A stretch of 64,000 nucleotides of DNA, taken from NCBI RefSeq assembly GCF_009914755.1, contig NC_060933.1. One strand, 5' to 3'. Origin of the DNA: the human T2T-CHM13v2.0 reference genome, Homo sapiens. Position 1 is the first letter of the stretch. Each line of letters opens with the position of its first letter. Under the pieces are notes generated by a model. That model was not told the origin of the DNA. It saw nothing but the letters and a program-made list of their open reading frames with translations, and made no database searches. A program made the position numbers and the translations under genes. Below, piece after piece: positions 14,290-29,234 of this stretch.

Positions 14290-14435
14290 CTATATACATA
14301 GACTTCTTTACCCACTTATGATGTAGAAAGCTGCAAAGAAGATTGCTTTTATCCTAACATTGACAAAAAACTGTATAAACTACAAAACCATGACTTTGTC
14401 AAGTATAAACTACAAAATCCTAACTTTGTCAGTTA
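14290..14435 (+). mobile_element. Old L1M 5'-end fragment containing a 30-bp tandem duplication
   Basis: gaaagctgcaaagaa...atcctaaca...tataaactacaaaa resembles old L1M 5' ends. Confidence 0.4.
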
Positions 14436-14695
14436 AGAGTAGCCAATCAAACTCATTATACTCCTTAGTCAAACTAACTGCACTGGGGAATGTTGGGGAA
14501 GAAAAGGGTAAATTTAGGGCTTGAAATTCACATCTCAAGTGCTAAATAAATGACCTGAAAGTTTATATGTGTGGCCTGAAAGAAATCCTTACCTTCTATA
14601 GCCATAGTACGAAGATTTCTGAAAACCAGACCCCAGTCTCATCCTAATAGTGGCTGAATTACAGCATAACTTGAATTCCCAACATTATAGGGTGT

Positions 14696-16169
14696 TGATA
14701 GAAGCAGTGGCCAGTATGGAGTCACTGCCATGAAGCCGGCTGCAGTGGGGGAGGCATGGCTGGGACTGCACACTCCATGGAGCTGATGCAAGCCAGAAAC
14801 AGGTGAAAGCCTCACCCCCTTCCATGGTGGAGGGTTGGGAGCCCTGCCCTCCTGGGTGCAGCTGCAGTGGCCTGGGCGCAGCTGCAGTTGCCTAGCCACA
14901 GCTGCAGACCTGGGCACTCTCAGGGACCCTCCTGCCACCACAGGATCAGAAGTGCCTATTCCCACTGCCTGGCCTCTTCCTGCTTCTGGCACTTGCTCTG
15001 GTTTCAGAGAAAAGTTATGGCTGAGCCTGGGTGCTGTCACAAGCTGGCCGGTATGCAAATGCTTGGAGCAACACTGACACATAAGCTCCCTGCCACCTCA
15101 GTCCCGTCTGGACTTTGGGCACTGATGAGCAAGAAGAGAGGTCAAGCAGAGGCTAAGAATGGTGTGGTGCAGGCCTGCAGTTGCCTCTTGGCATGAACAG
15201 CCTGGGTACTCTGGGCACCGTGGATGGCAGTATAATGGCTGCAGGAGGCAGACAGGCACCTGGGCAGAAGGAGTTGGTTCCCAGTAAAACCCCACCTTCA
15301 GGCCGAGTACAGCCTAAGGCCTGGGGCTGTGCTGCCAATTCTGTGGACCAGAATGAGAATTTATGGTGCTTTCTCTGGGCCTACAGATGGACACCCATGG
15401 ACCAATCAACATGTACTTCCTCCCCTCTGAAGCCCATAAAAACCCCAGACTCAGCTAGGGGATGGGATGACCTGCCTGCAAAAAGCAGCTACCCACTGTG
15501 GATCTCCTCTGAGCTGTTCTGTCACTCAATAAAGCATCTCTTTGCCTTGCTTACCCTCCACTTGTTCACATACCTCATTCTTCCTGGATGTGGGAAAAGA
15601 ACTCAGTACCTGCCAAATGACGGGGCTGAAAGAGCTGTAACACAAACAGGGCTGAAACATGCCCCTTGCTCACCATGTTACAGGCAACAAGAAAAGATAG
15701 AAGAGAGACGGAAAGAAGATCTGAGGCCCTTTGGGGAGCTCAGACCTAGGAGCTCCCCAAACCAGGACTGTGACACCCTCTTTGGGGCTCTGCAGTTCCT
15801 GGTGTCTTCAAATTTCTGAGCATCACTGTGTTCACCAGTGCCAGCTGTGGAAGGTGCTTGAGAGGTGCCTGGTCTGGCCTCAGCCTCGCAGGAAGCTGGG
15901 ACCCCCTGTTGGCGCTTGTAGCTGCCCACCCTGCACAGCCAGCATGCCTGGCTACACGCTTGCTCACTTACACACCCCTCACTTCACCGTTCCATGCCTG
16001 GCTCTCCACTGGTATGCATGGGATCCAAGTCAGTAGCATAAGCTAAGTGCAGCCTGCCAGGCTGAGTGGGTGGAATGAGCCCAGTAGGCCCAAGCAAAAC
16101 TTTGGCAAAGGTGCAACCAGCCACAGACCTTTCCAGCCTGAAAAGTGACATCCTAAGAATCCTGTGACA
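14696..16169 (+). mobile_element. Solo ERV1 LTR, MER52 family (MER52A-like)
   Basis: TG...CA termini (tgatagaagcag...aatcctgtgaca), exact 4-bp TSD GTGT (14692-14695, 16170-16173), GC-rich, CCAAT, TATA-like cataaaa and AATAAA (~15528). Confidence 0.9.
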
Positions 16170-16627
16170 GTGTGTTTTATTAAAGAAATTCATTAATTGG
16201 TAAGGAATGGGATCCTGATAACTGGAATGGACACACGTGGGAAAATGTCAATGAAACTGACGACACTGAACCTTTAAATTCTATTCAGTCTTATTTTTAC
16301 TAGTAGAAGTAGCTCTTCTACTTCTCTCAGAAAGGGTAACACTATTTTGCCTGTAGTAACCTTCTCTGAAATAATTACCTTGCAAAACAATGCTGATTCT
16401 ACTTGCTGTGAAATATGACAATAGGTCTATGTCCAAGGAATTCACTTGTATTATCATGTTTCTTCTTATCCTGAAACAGCTAGCTTGATAAAATTGTGCA
16501 ATGCTAATACCTTGCAAGGCTCAAGCAGTATACTCCAGATGTGTGTATATGCTCTAAATTTGTGTCCAATACATGGTTTTGTTTCTCTCATTACCAGGAT
16601 TCTCTGGTCCAGGAGTCAAGGGGTGAA

Positions 16628-17094
16628 TGCAGTACAGTTATCTGGGTATCCTTGGACTGACTCAGTTCTATCTCTTTTCTATCTTATCTTTATCAAGAAT
16701 AACGGTGGAATGTGCTGGGAATGCAACGCCCTGAGATAAGGGTTGGCTGACAGAAACAACATGGGCTCTGTTGCAGCCCTCATAAAAAGATGTCCTTCAA
16801 AGCTTTTGCCTAGTGCATCAGGTTGCCCTGAGGTATAAACCCTACAGTGGGCTGCTTTCCTTGGTCTCTCAGCTGAGGTGCAAATAAGACATGCATAGTC
16901 AGGACTCTATCTGCCCCGAGCAGCTTTCCTGAGCCTTGAGTCACCTGTTCACAATGAATTCTAGGTTTCTGCTGTACTTTGCTGCCTATCTGTGAGTAAT
17001 ACATCTGCTTCAAGTAACCTGTTGCTTATGATTTTATTCTGTCTCAGCAGACCCAAACAAGTTTGTAACCAATGCACAGTGAACCTGCTTCACA
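16628..17094 (+). mobile_element. Solo ERVL LTR, LTR47-like
   Basis: TG...CA termini, exact 5-bp TSD GTGAA (16623-16627, 17095-17099); caagaataac...gaatgtgctgggaatgcaac motif of LTR47; TATA ggtataaa. Confidence 0.85.
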
Positions 17095-19884
17095 GTGAAA
17101 ATGAAAGTGGCATCACTTACTATTATTTCTAGTGATCCACTAGCGAAATTTTTACCTCCATTCCTCATTACCACATACCTTATTGGTCTGGATGGTTTAG
17201 ACCATCTAGCATTCCAAAGGAAGGAATGCTTCCTCTATGAGACATAATAATTTAATTAACCTGTAAGTTAAGACTGCCACATGGTCACTTGGAGCTTTTC
17301 ATGCCCTTCAATTAATTGGCACAGAAAAGAGTTACTCTACTGGCTGGGATGGTGGATTCTGATTACCAAAGGGAATTAGCATGCTACTATACAAAGGAGA
17401 TAAGGAAGATTATGTCTGAAATATAGGACATTCCTTAGAGTATCTCAGTACTACCATGTCCTGTGATTGAAGTCAATGAAGAACTACAACCCAATTTAAG
17501 CAGGACTGCTAATGATTCAGACCCTTCGAAATTCAAAGTTTGAGTGATCCTACCAGGCAAAGGGCCATGACCCACTGAGGTGCTTGGTGAGGGCAAAGAA
17601 AATATAGAACGGGTAGTAGATTAAGATTTTTATGAAAAACAACAGGTGACCAGTTAAAGAAATTAGGAATATAATTGCTATCAGTATTACTTTCCTATTT
17701 TTTATAAATATGTTTGAATATCTGCATTAAGTATTTTTTCTTCCCTTTGTTATTTCCTTCTTATAACATAAAATGTATCAATAAGTCCCAACTTTACATC
17801 ACAGTATTTCAGTTATAGGATGTCCACAAGAAGAGTAAGCAATACTCAAGTCTTTTGTATCTTTTACTAACAAAGGGCATATCTTGGTTTCAAGAAATAA
17901 TTGAAGAATTATAAGTGTAACTTGGAACTTCATGTTATCAGTTACATTTACCCATAAACCTGAAGTAAAAATACAGCAGCAATCATGTATACAATAAAAG
18001 GAGATAAATTATATATTTATGTAAATATTTCACAGATTATATAATTAAAAAGTTAATATGGTAACTGTTATCATAATACAGATTTAGAAAGTGACTAAGG
18101 ACCAAGTTTCAGAAAGTGGGTACTACAATTATCTTGGCATGGTTTTGAAGGCTCATTGTGCTAAATGCAATGCATTCATTAAATGAATAAAATTGCATGT
18201 GAATGCTTTCAAAAGGAGAAAAGTAAAGAATTTGATGAGTAAAGAATGCAATTGTTATTTTGACCTTAATTAAAAGAAATAAAAAACATCAGAATTTGAG
18301 GACAAAATAACCATTCCATTTGGAATGTAGACAGTAAAGAAATAAAAAATTAGGAAAACCCACCAATATATCTAGCTTTGATAAAGGCAGATACTTCTGA
18401 TGAAAATTCTTGTATTATTTAAATACCCAGATCATAGCTATGGGGCTGTTTTGTGAATCGTAATGTCACAAAGCTCTTCTTTGAAATATATTTGTGCCAT
18501 TTTTAAAGCAAACAAATACGCCAAAACATCTGTTTATCCTGGAAAGAATAAACATGCTTCTGGCTGCATTGAGATTAAAAAGGAATATTCTTTTCAGGTA
18601 TTCTATCCAGTAATGTTCTTTTCTATTTCATAAAACCTGGTTCAGAATATACCCCCAATGAATGAAGAATTTTTATTCCTAGCAATGATTTTCTTTAACA
18701 GTTGTTTAGTATGACAATTTCAAACACATACCTTGTTGAATATATACAGAAGAAAGAATTTAAACCCTTGCAGTTAATGGACTGCACTTGTAATTATAGT
18801 TCAGTTGGTTAAGTGACTGAGGGAAATCAATTTACTCCACGTTACCAGTGGATGTCATTATTATATTCAATGAAGTCCCCATTTAAAATGCATGTTCAAG
18901 AAATAAACCCACTGAAAGAACAATTTTATTTTATATCATATTGCTGTGTTTCAGGTAATTTTCTTATGATTCCAGTTATCAAGCAGTAAAGACAATGGTT
19001 TCTCTAAGTTCTCGGAGAATTAATTACCGTTTCAAATGAAGGTAAAATTACCTGTTTGGAATTATGTCAATTTCACACACACAAAAAAAGGCAAGAGAAA
19101 CAATTTAAGAAACAACTAATCAATTTAAATTTTTATGGTTCTTTTTAAAAAAGTTTATGGAAACACTTAAAACATTCTTCACACTAAGGAAAATATTTAC
19201 ATATGTATTGTAATAAATTATTTGGGCATCCTTGCCAGCATTTTTCCCCCCATGTGAGTTGATTAGAACATGTTGATTATTAATTGTTTTCAGAAATGTT
19301 TAGGCATGACAGCCTCTTTTTGCCTTATTTTTTAAATTCTATTCAGTTCATTTATTAGTTTGATCACCTGACATTTCTCTTTTTTCTCATGGTAAGTGTA
19401 GAAAGATTTGTACTACTCCTTTCTGAGGAACTGAAATGCTCTCGAGAGCCTTGCTTAAGAGACAGGCACTTAATGTGAGAGGAGGTTTGTTCTGTGACAC
19501 TTGAACCTTGGCCTTTCCGCTAGAGTATTTGACAAGAGTGCTAAATCTGGTGGTAGCCTTCTATTTATCCTATTATGGACATTTGTGTCCCTTAAGCATT
19601 GACCTGAAACCTCTAATCCTTTGCTAAGAGACTGTGTACACCAAGCAGATGGTAGTTCTTTCAGTTAAAATAAAACTGAGTTTGACCTTGCATCTAAATG
19701 TGAACTATTGTATAATATACTTTCTTATTACATATGGTTTTTTATATTTTCTCAATGTAATGCCCAAAGAAAACCTATAGCTATAAAAGTTCTAGTTTAG
19801 AAATAAACACAATATTAATATTGATGACAGGATAGTCATCATTGCTTAGACATTCCCTATAAATTATTTCTTGAGATTCAGTTA

Positions 19885-20290
<406 letters not shown>

Positions 20291-21289
20291 TTTCAAAGCT
20301 CTTTACAATCTTCCTGCAAAGTACCCCAATCATAGAACAATGTCAAAGTTTAGCTCAGATAGCTCCCTGCAAGTTTGAAATTTTATGAAAATTTCATTTT
20401 TCACTTTGAAAATGATTCACACTTTGTGTGTATTATATTATGCATCTGAAGTTGTTTATAAATATTTAAAATTATTTACATGCTAAATTATTCTTTTTTA
20501 TTCAAATATTGGGCATAAATTGATATTCTAAGATGTAACTTTATGTTTATCCTGCCACTTCATTAAATAACTACACTCCATTTTGTACTGCCAAATTGCA
20601 GGAATATGCACACCAGTTTGAGAAGCACAAAATAATACATGAAGTAAATGGTATAAACAAGGCCATGGGACTTCAGAGGGCTTGGCAAAGTAAAAGGACT
20701 TCAGTGTATGGGTGAAGAATAGGGTATGCATGAACATGTGGCAGGTTCATTAGGGGGGAAATATGGAAAGCATGAATTGTAGTCATTGTTTTTAATTAAT
20801 TGCTTGGCACTCTATTTGGAAAAGAAAAGAAAACAACTGACCTATAAAAGCAATGAAGTGCAAGCCAATACACCCTTTATTAAGTGATTGGTAAATTGAC
20901 AAGCATCATTCCAGATGTTTGAATGGTGTAAACGTTTCTAAAACATGATTCTTGCCCTCAAGATACTATTATAACAACCTGAGACACATATAACCAATAT
21001 TAAAATGTAATGTGATAAGTATCATAATAGAAGTATGTAGAGGATACACAGAAACCACAAAAGTGGGTATTATACTTGAGACACCACCTTCCTTAGATTT
21101 TTAAGAATCTTGTACAGCGGAGGATCAAGAATGGGGAATATGACACAAGTATATGTCTAGTAAATGTTAAGTAAATGTGTTTAGTAAATGTTAAGTAGTT
21201 TAGTATGCCTAACTTCAAAGGAATGCTCATAGGAGGAAAAAATACAAGGAGAGGAATAGTACGTAAAGCAAAATAAGGTAAATAAGGCC

Positions 21290-21470
21290 CCCTTTAAATG
21301 GTCACATGACTTGCTGCAGTTTTCTTTTCTAAAATTCAGTGTCCTTGTAATTACTTGTTCAGTGGCTGTCTTCTCTAATAGAGTGTAAAATCAAAAATTG
21401 CAGGGGCTGTGTCTTGTTCCCCCTTCCTTAGCACGGTTCCTGACACATAGCATACATGAGGCTTCAGAAA
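21290..21470 (+). mobile_element. L2 3' end fragment
   Basis: tggctgtcttctctaatagagtgtaaa...ggggctgtgtcttgttc...cttagcacggttcctgacacatag. Confidence 0.6.
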
Positions 21471-22790
21471 ATCTCCAAAGAAAGAAAAGAAAATACGTAC
21501 TTGATGTAGTGTACCAGAAACAACCAGTGATTAAAACTCATGGTTAGGGAGTACCACCTGAAAACCAATGTCTTCAGAGGACTTGGCTGGAAATAATATT
21601 AGGAATGGCTTGTGGAAGCCATCCAAAAGTGGATGAGATAGTAGTCCACCCTCAGAACTCACAGCTGGGATGATGAAAGACATGGTTCAAGTAGTGGCAG
21701 ATCATGTAGGAAAGAAAATAATAAATGAGAGATGTTTGCTCAAGATAAAATTGTCCAGAATTTTGCATAGTGGTATAAAAAGACTGAAGGAAAAACATAA
21801 GATAGAAAGAAGACAATTTCCAATATGAAGGACAGGGGATTAAAAGGTGACTTTGAGAGAAACGAAGCCTGTTTTGGGGAAGAAATTAATAAGACTTGAT
21901 TAGAAATGTGGTTTGAAACTACTAAGATTTGTGATTGAAGAAATTTATCTGCCAAGGATCTTTTATCTATAAGTTTTATTGTTGAGGTGTTAAAATATCA
22001 TCGTTTAAGAGTAAGGATAATGCTATAATTCCTTAAACTTGTTTTACTGCCTAATACATCTTTTTTTCTTCAAGTCGCATTCTGAAAAGTCCTTTTACAA
22101 ACGTGATTACTGTTTTAAAATTTAACATAATTTTTCTTGGAAAAGTGAATTTGCAGATTCAGACTCTCGTTCTTCACACTGATTCCAATCAGCAGGGATT
22201 TATATCCTTTGTGAATGGCTTATATCTTCATTAGAGTCTTATGGGGTGTGCCCTTGAAAAATCTTCTCTTTCTAAAGGTAACAACGAAAAGTAATAAAGA
22301 AACTTTGAACTTCTCCATAACAGTATCTACTTTTAATTTTTCTTTAGGGAAATATTTCAAAGCCTTTCCTTTTTATTTTAGTTTTAGGTTTTATTATTTT
22401 TTAGAAGAAAAAAAATCTGTCTTGTACATCATATTTGAAAAGCCTCTGTTTTTCTCAGATAATGAGGTCCTGGGGCCTATAGGTCTGAATTAATACTGCA
22501 ATCACATCAGGTTTCCTTTAAGCTTTAGATGAAATGCAGGGGAAAGACCAATTCAATGACTCAATTTTCCTCAAATATTTTGCCTCCCAGTGATCAAAAG
22601 GGGATTATAATAGTGTTTACTTTGTTCTCTCCTCTGATCAGAACTCTCTAAGATGATTTTTAGAGTATAGTAAAACAGGTTTCATCTCCATTTACAATAT
22701 TTATCACTAGCAAGAGAAGGAGGTAGGTATTTCTAAAGGTGTTAGAAGAATCATAAGTGAAGTCAAGGAAAATAAAGAAAAATATTGTAA

Positions 22791-23138
<348 letters not shown>

Positions 23139-25145
23139 GAAGATATGTTTTAAAAACATTTCTTATTTTAAGAAAAAAGCTAAAATATTATGAGTGGTAA
23201 GTATGTTTGAGACTGTGATGGAACGATGACAAAAAAAGAAAGCAATAAAACAGACATTTGATTCTAAAAGCTCAAGTAAAGTAATACACATGAAATGAAC
23301 TTAGATAATGGTATAAAGGCCCAGAAAAAGGGCACCAGGGAAACTTTAATTATTTCATTTGTTTGCATAAGAAATGAATAGAAAGTAGATATTTGGATGC
23401 TGAAGAAGAAACAAATAAGTATACTGAAATCACATTTCTCTGTATGATATGGGACATGAGTCCCTGGTATTATGAATTTTAAAAAATACAAACTTCAATA
23501 TGTCTAAGTGTAGACAAGCTAATATTTATAATGCATAATGTTTATAGTACATTACACTACTTATAAATACTTATTATATTTATAATACATTATAATGTTG
23601 GTACAACTCAATGTTATAGTAGGTTATAAATGCTCAGTTATTTATAATATCGAGGAAATTATTCTTTCAAATTCTAAATTTAGATGAATGTACAGCCAAA
23701 CCTAGTTCTGTTACACTCAAAATAAATGTATCTATATATATTTTATGAGTAGCTTTAGATATTGTAAGACTTTTCAAAATACTTTTTGGCACATTAATAA
23801 ACAATGGTGAGTAATGCTTCTAAGACTGAATGCACCTGTTTTAATCAAATTCTTCTCTGCCCTAACTTAAATTAAGGCAGCTAGGATGAATTAAATATAT
23901 AAAAGCAAGATGCTATGTAATATTTGTGGGTGGTGAACAGGAAACTATGTTGTAACCCTACTTTCAATGCACTCAGAATTGAAGCAAATTTTCCACTGGG
24001 GAAATACACAGTTTCCTAGTAGTCAGAAAACCTGAGTTCAAGATCCAATAAAGTTGTTAAACAGTTTATTTTTGCCAGAATTTTTTTTTCAGTTTTGACA
24101 TGAGAGCATTAACTCTCTAAATTCACTGTGATAAGATTAAAGAAGACAGAGAAAATGAAAGTAAAATAGACCACTATGATATCATTATACATAATAATGT
24201 CTATTCTGTTCTTTGCCTCTGTACTGACTGCATGGCCTTTCTACGAGAAAGAAAAATAATAATGGTAGACAAGTTTCATTTTATTTTATGCATGTATACC
24301 TAGTCTTCCCCTTAAAATGGCTCGTTGACAATTAAAGTTGCTTCTGTTGGTGTTTAATAATAACAACACTGATCTGCCTGTTGTATTTCTTTAGATGAGT
24401 GCCTGGATATTTGCCTTGAATCACAGCCTGGCAATCATAACCTTGCTAGGATAGAGTCAGTCCTCCCATTAATTCCTGTCTTCCTAAGCTCATCCTGCAG
24501 TGCCAGCTAAACCTTTTTAATCTCCTTCTTCTGACAAAGAGCCTCTTATTCAAAATTTCAGTTCATGGAACCAAAGAGGAAGTATCAACATGTTTATTTG
24601 TTAATTTTTCAGTTGAGAGTTAATACTATATTCAAGAGATATCCTGATGGACCAGGGAAGGCAAGAAAAAGAGAGAGTAGTTTTGAATAGGTAATAGACT
24701 ATTTGATCTCTAAAGACAACAAAATCATCTAACACACCAGTTTTGTTTCATATATGCTTCCTTTTAAGAGCCAGGACAGAATAGATTCTGTCTCCAGATG
24801 ATTACTATGCTGGGACTTAGGTTTATGTATCCCTGTCCCAAGGCTCTGGTGTGCTCTGTTACTTTCCTAAAGTGATATATATAGTCTAATGGTTGCTCTC
24901 CTGATTCATATTCCTCTCAGGTACTTTGGAATGATATCATCACAGGAGGAACATGGAAGCTCTACAGCACATGTAAGATATGTGTTCTTAGTCACTGGGT
25001 AGGTTACAGGTGGTAAGGGGTTTCAACATAGAATGGATATGACAAAAATATGGGGTTAGAAAAAATGCACATAGAGAAAGGTGGGCTTGGAGTTATAGGA
25101 AGTGGAGATATAGAGTAAATCTCTAATTTTTGGGGATTAATTTTT

Positions 25146-25382
25146 TGGGTGTCTAATTTTTTGGGATTTCCTGGGCCACATTGGAAGAAAAAGAATTGTC
25201 TTGGGCCACACATAAAATACACTAACAATTACAATAATTGATGAGCTAAAAAGAAAAAAACCAAAATCACACAAAAAAAACCTCGTAACACGTTTTAAGA
25301 AAGTTTACAAATTGGTGATGGGTTGCATTCAAAACCCTCCTGGGCTGCATGTGGTCCATGGGCCGTGGGTTGAACCAACTTG
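25146..25382 (+). mobile_element. MER30 hAT-Charlie non-autonomous DNA transposon
   Basis: ctgggccacattggaagaa...gaattgtcttgggccacacataaaatacactaac...ttttaagaaagtttac matches MER30 consensus as recalled. Confidence 0.85.
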
Positions 25383-25490
25383 CTAGGAGGAAAAAAAAAA
25401 TCATTGGGTTGACTATGCCATTACCTTGAAGGAGGTCAGGCCTTAATTCCCTAATTTCTCAGCATTGGCAGATAATTTACGGAAAGTAAC

Positions 25491-27807
25491 TGTATTAGTT
25501 TGTTCTCACACTGCTGATAGAGACAAACCCAAGACTGGGTAATTTATAAAGGAAAGAGGTTTAATGAACTCTCAGTTCCATGTGGCTGGGGAACCCTCAC
25601 AATCATGGTGGAAGACAAAGGAAGAACAAAGGGACATCTTACCTGGTGGCAGGCAAGAGAGTTTGTGTAGGGGAACTCCCATATATAAAACAATCAGATC
25701 TCATGAAACTTATTCTGTACCACAAGAACAGTATGGGGGAAACTGCCCTCATGATTCAATTTTCTCCACCTGGCCTTGCTCTTGACACATGGAGATAATT
25801 AAAATTCAAGGTGAGATTTGGGTGGGGACATAACCAAACCATATCATTCTGCCCCTCACTCCTCCCAAATCTCATGTCCTCACATTTCAAAACCAATCAT
25901 GCCTCCCCAGTATTCCCCCAAAGTCTTAATTCACTTCAGCATTAACTCAAAAGTCCACAACCCAAAGTCTCATCTGAGGCAAGGCAAGTCCCTTCTGCCT
26001 ACGAGCCTGTAAAATGAAAAGCAAGTTAGTTACTTCCTATATATAATGGGGACACAGGCATTCAGTAAATACAGCCATTCCAAATGGTAGAAATTGACCA
26101 AAATGAAGGGGCTAAATGCCCCATGCAAGTCTGAAATCCAGCAGGGGAGTCAAATCCTAAAACTCCAAAATGATCTTTGCCTTCATGTGTCACATCCAGC
26201 TAATGCTGATGCAAGAGGTGGGTTCCCATGGTCTTGGGCAGCTCCACCCCTGTGGCTTTGTAGGGTACAGCCCCACTTTTGGCTGCTTTTGTGGGCTGGT
26301 GTTGAATGTCTGCAGTTTTTCTAAGCACACGGTGCAAGCTGTCAGTGAATCTATCATTCTGGGGTCTGGAGGATGGTGGCCTTTTTTTCACAGCTCCACT
26401 AGGCAGTGCCCCAGTGGAGACTCTGCATGGGGGCTTCAAACCCACATTTATCTTCTGCACTGCCCTCACAGGTAGGTTCTCCATGAGGGCTCTGCCTCTG
26501 AAGCACACCTCTGCCTGGACATGCAGGCATTTTCACGCATCCTCTGAAATCTAGGTGAAGGCTCCCAAACCTCAATTCTTGACTCCTGTGCACCCACAGG
26601 CCCAACATCACATGTAAGCCTCCAAGGCTTGGGGCTTACACCCTCTGAAGCTAAGGCCTGAACTCTCTGTTGGCTACTATTAGCCACAGCTAGGACACAG
26701 GACACCAACTCCTGAGACTGCACAAAGCAGCAAGGCCCTGGGCCCAGCCCTGGAAACGATTTTTCTCTCCTAGGCCTCCTGGCTTGTGATGGGAGGGCTG
26801 CCGTAAAGACCTCTGAGACATGCCCTGGAGACATTTTTCCCATTCTCTTGGCAATTAACATTTGGCTCCTGGTTACTTGTGCAAATTTCTGCAGCTGGCT
26901 TGAATTTCTCCTCAGAAGATGGGTTTTTCTTTTCTATCACAATGTCAGGCTGCAAATTTTCTGAACTTTTAGGTGCTGCTTCCCTTTTAAACATGTTTTA
27001 ATTTCAAATCATGTATTTTTGAATACATAAAACTGAATGCTTTTAACAGTACCAAAGACCTTTTGAATACTTCGCTGCTTAGAACTTTTTTCCACCAGAT
27101 GCTCAAAATCATCTCAAGTTCAAAGTCCCACAGATCTCTAGGGCAGAGGCAACATGCCACCAGTCTCTTTGTTAAAACATAGCAAGTGTCACCTTTGCTC
27201 CAGTTCCCAACAAGTTTCTCATGTCCATCTGAGACCACCTCAGCCTGGACTTCATTGTCCATATCACTATACGCATTTTGGTAAAAGACATTCAACAAGT
27301 CTCTAGGAAGTTCCTAACTTTCCCTTATCTTCCTGTCCTTTTCTGAGCCTTCCAAACTGTTTCAACCTCTGCCTGTTACCCAGTTCCAAAATCACTTCCA
27401 CATTCTTGGGTATCTTTACAGCAGCACCCCACTCTACCAGTACCAATTTACTGTATCAGTCTTTTCACATGCTGCTGATAAAGACATGCCCAAGACTGGG
27501 TAATTGATAAAGGAAACAGGTTTAAAAAACTCTCCATTCCACATGGCTGGGGAGGCCTCACAATCATAGCAGAAGACGAAGGCAGAGCAAAGGGACGTCT
27601 TACATGGCAGCAGGCAAGAGAGCTTTTGCAGGGAAACTCCCATTTATAAAACCATCAGATCTCATGGAACTTATTCACTACCACGAGAACAGTATGGGGG
27701 AAACTGCCCTCATGATTCAATTATCTCCACGTGGCCCCACCCTTGACACTTGGAGATTATTACAATTCAAGATGAGATATGGGTGGAGATACAGCCAAAC
27801 CACATCA
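25491..27807 (-). mobile_element. Complete THE1C-like MaLR element (5' LTR 27452-27807, internal 25847-27451, 3' LTR 25491-25846)
   Basis: Two ~356-bp direct LTR copies with TG...CA ends; THE1C-type gagaacagtatgggggaaac; TSD GTAAC/GTGAC (one mismatch); internal MaLR ORF remnants (ENLQPDIVIEKKNP). Confidence 0.93.
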
Positions 27808-28298
27808 GTGACTATGTCTTTCTGTTGTTCTTGACATTAGCTATAATCTTTCTTGCATTGCTGATAAATATATGAAGCAGTATCCTTGAAATTTTATCAG
27901 AGGTTCTTTAAGTCTTTAGATTACTGGGTGATTGTCAGAACCAGCTGGTAGCAGCATAGAGAATTTAAAACTTTGGTTAATAAACAGCAGTTTTTCTGAC
28001 AGTGAGACAAGTGTTTTGAGTGGATAAGCATAGAGAATTCTTACAAAGAAGTTATCACAAGAGGTATTGTAGCAAATATATTTCCCTACTACAAAACTAA
28101 TACTTCTTTTTAGGTACTGAAGTGATAGGAAGTAAATAGAGATGTCCAGGTCTTTTACACACTAATTGAAAGTGTGGTTGGTAGACTCAAAGAGTAAAAA
28201 AACTGTTTAACTTATCACATAGCTGTAACTGGTGTTAGTTGTAGGTTGATTCTGTGAAAGAAAAGTACTATTTTCCTATGTACATCTTCTAGCCATAA

Positions 28299-28658
<360 letters not shown>

Positions 28659-29234
28659 TAAGAGATGGTCGGGGAGTGAAGTTTAACCAAGTAAAGAAAG
28701 CCCTGTCCAAACTTTCAGATCTATCCTTAATTTTAGTGTATTTTCAACTCTCAGAAAAGTTCTGTGTTTAAAATATGATCACTATCCATACTTCTGGGCA
28801 ATATTTGCAAACATGAACAGACTGTCATGGTTACCAGGTAAAATAATGGTCTGGTTATAGCACTTGGACTAGGTGCCCTGGCAAGAATACACAACTTCCA
28901 CCCTTATAAAAATATCTGAATATTCAAGGACAACCTCTGCATCACCCTATATATCAATGTTGATTTTTTAATCCTCTGGTTTGTGTGTTTTGTCACACCA
29001 AACCACCCTTTTGGCTGGAGGATTAGATAAGTAGCTATGAAAATATCCTGAAGTGAAGTGACCTTTTACTTCAGAAAAATAGATACAGAGTCATGCATGG
29101 CCAAAGTGGAAAGCTAAAAGAAGGGAGATACGAATTTAGCTATGAGTACTATGTGAGAAGCTAAATGGGGATGGAAGATCGAGGGAAGACAAAACGAGAA
29201 ACAATTGATGTAAAGAAAGAGATTGAAAACAAAT

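Larger units (their letters stand above)
14480..17880 (+). mobile_element. ERVL internal remnant (gag fragment, integrase 3' end, dUTPase), split by MER52 and LTR47
   Basis: gag-like gtggctgaattacagcataacttgaattccc|...ggtaaggaatgggatcctgataactgg; integrase/dUTPase-like ccaggattctctggtccaggagtcaaggggtgaa|...tagtgatccactagcgaaattttt...ctggctgggatggtggattctgattaccaaagggaa. Sequence is continuous across both insertions. Confidence 0.8.

Noticed and set aside
15181-15819. 212-aa ORF (longest in the window) and overlapping ORFs at 14639-16193
   Set aside because: Lie within or mostly within the GC-rich MER52 LTR; ORFs in all frames on both strands reflect low stop frequency; TTG start and no recognisable domain.
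21158-21197. 24-bp-period duplication tagtaaatgttaagta, plus small duplications near 11510, 13880 and 25122
   Set aside because: Ordinary slippage duplications in AT-rich DNA.
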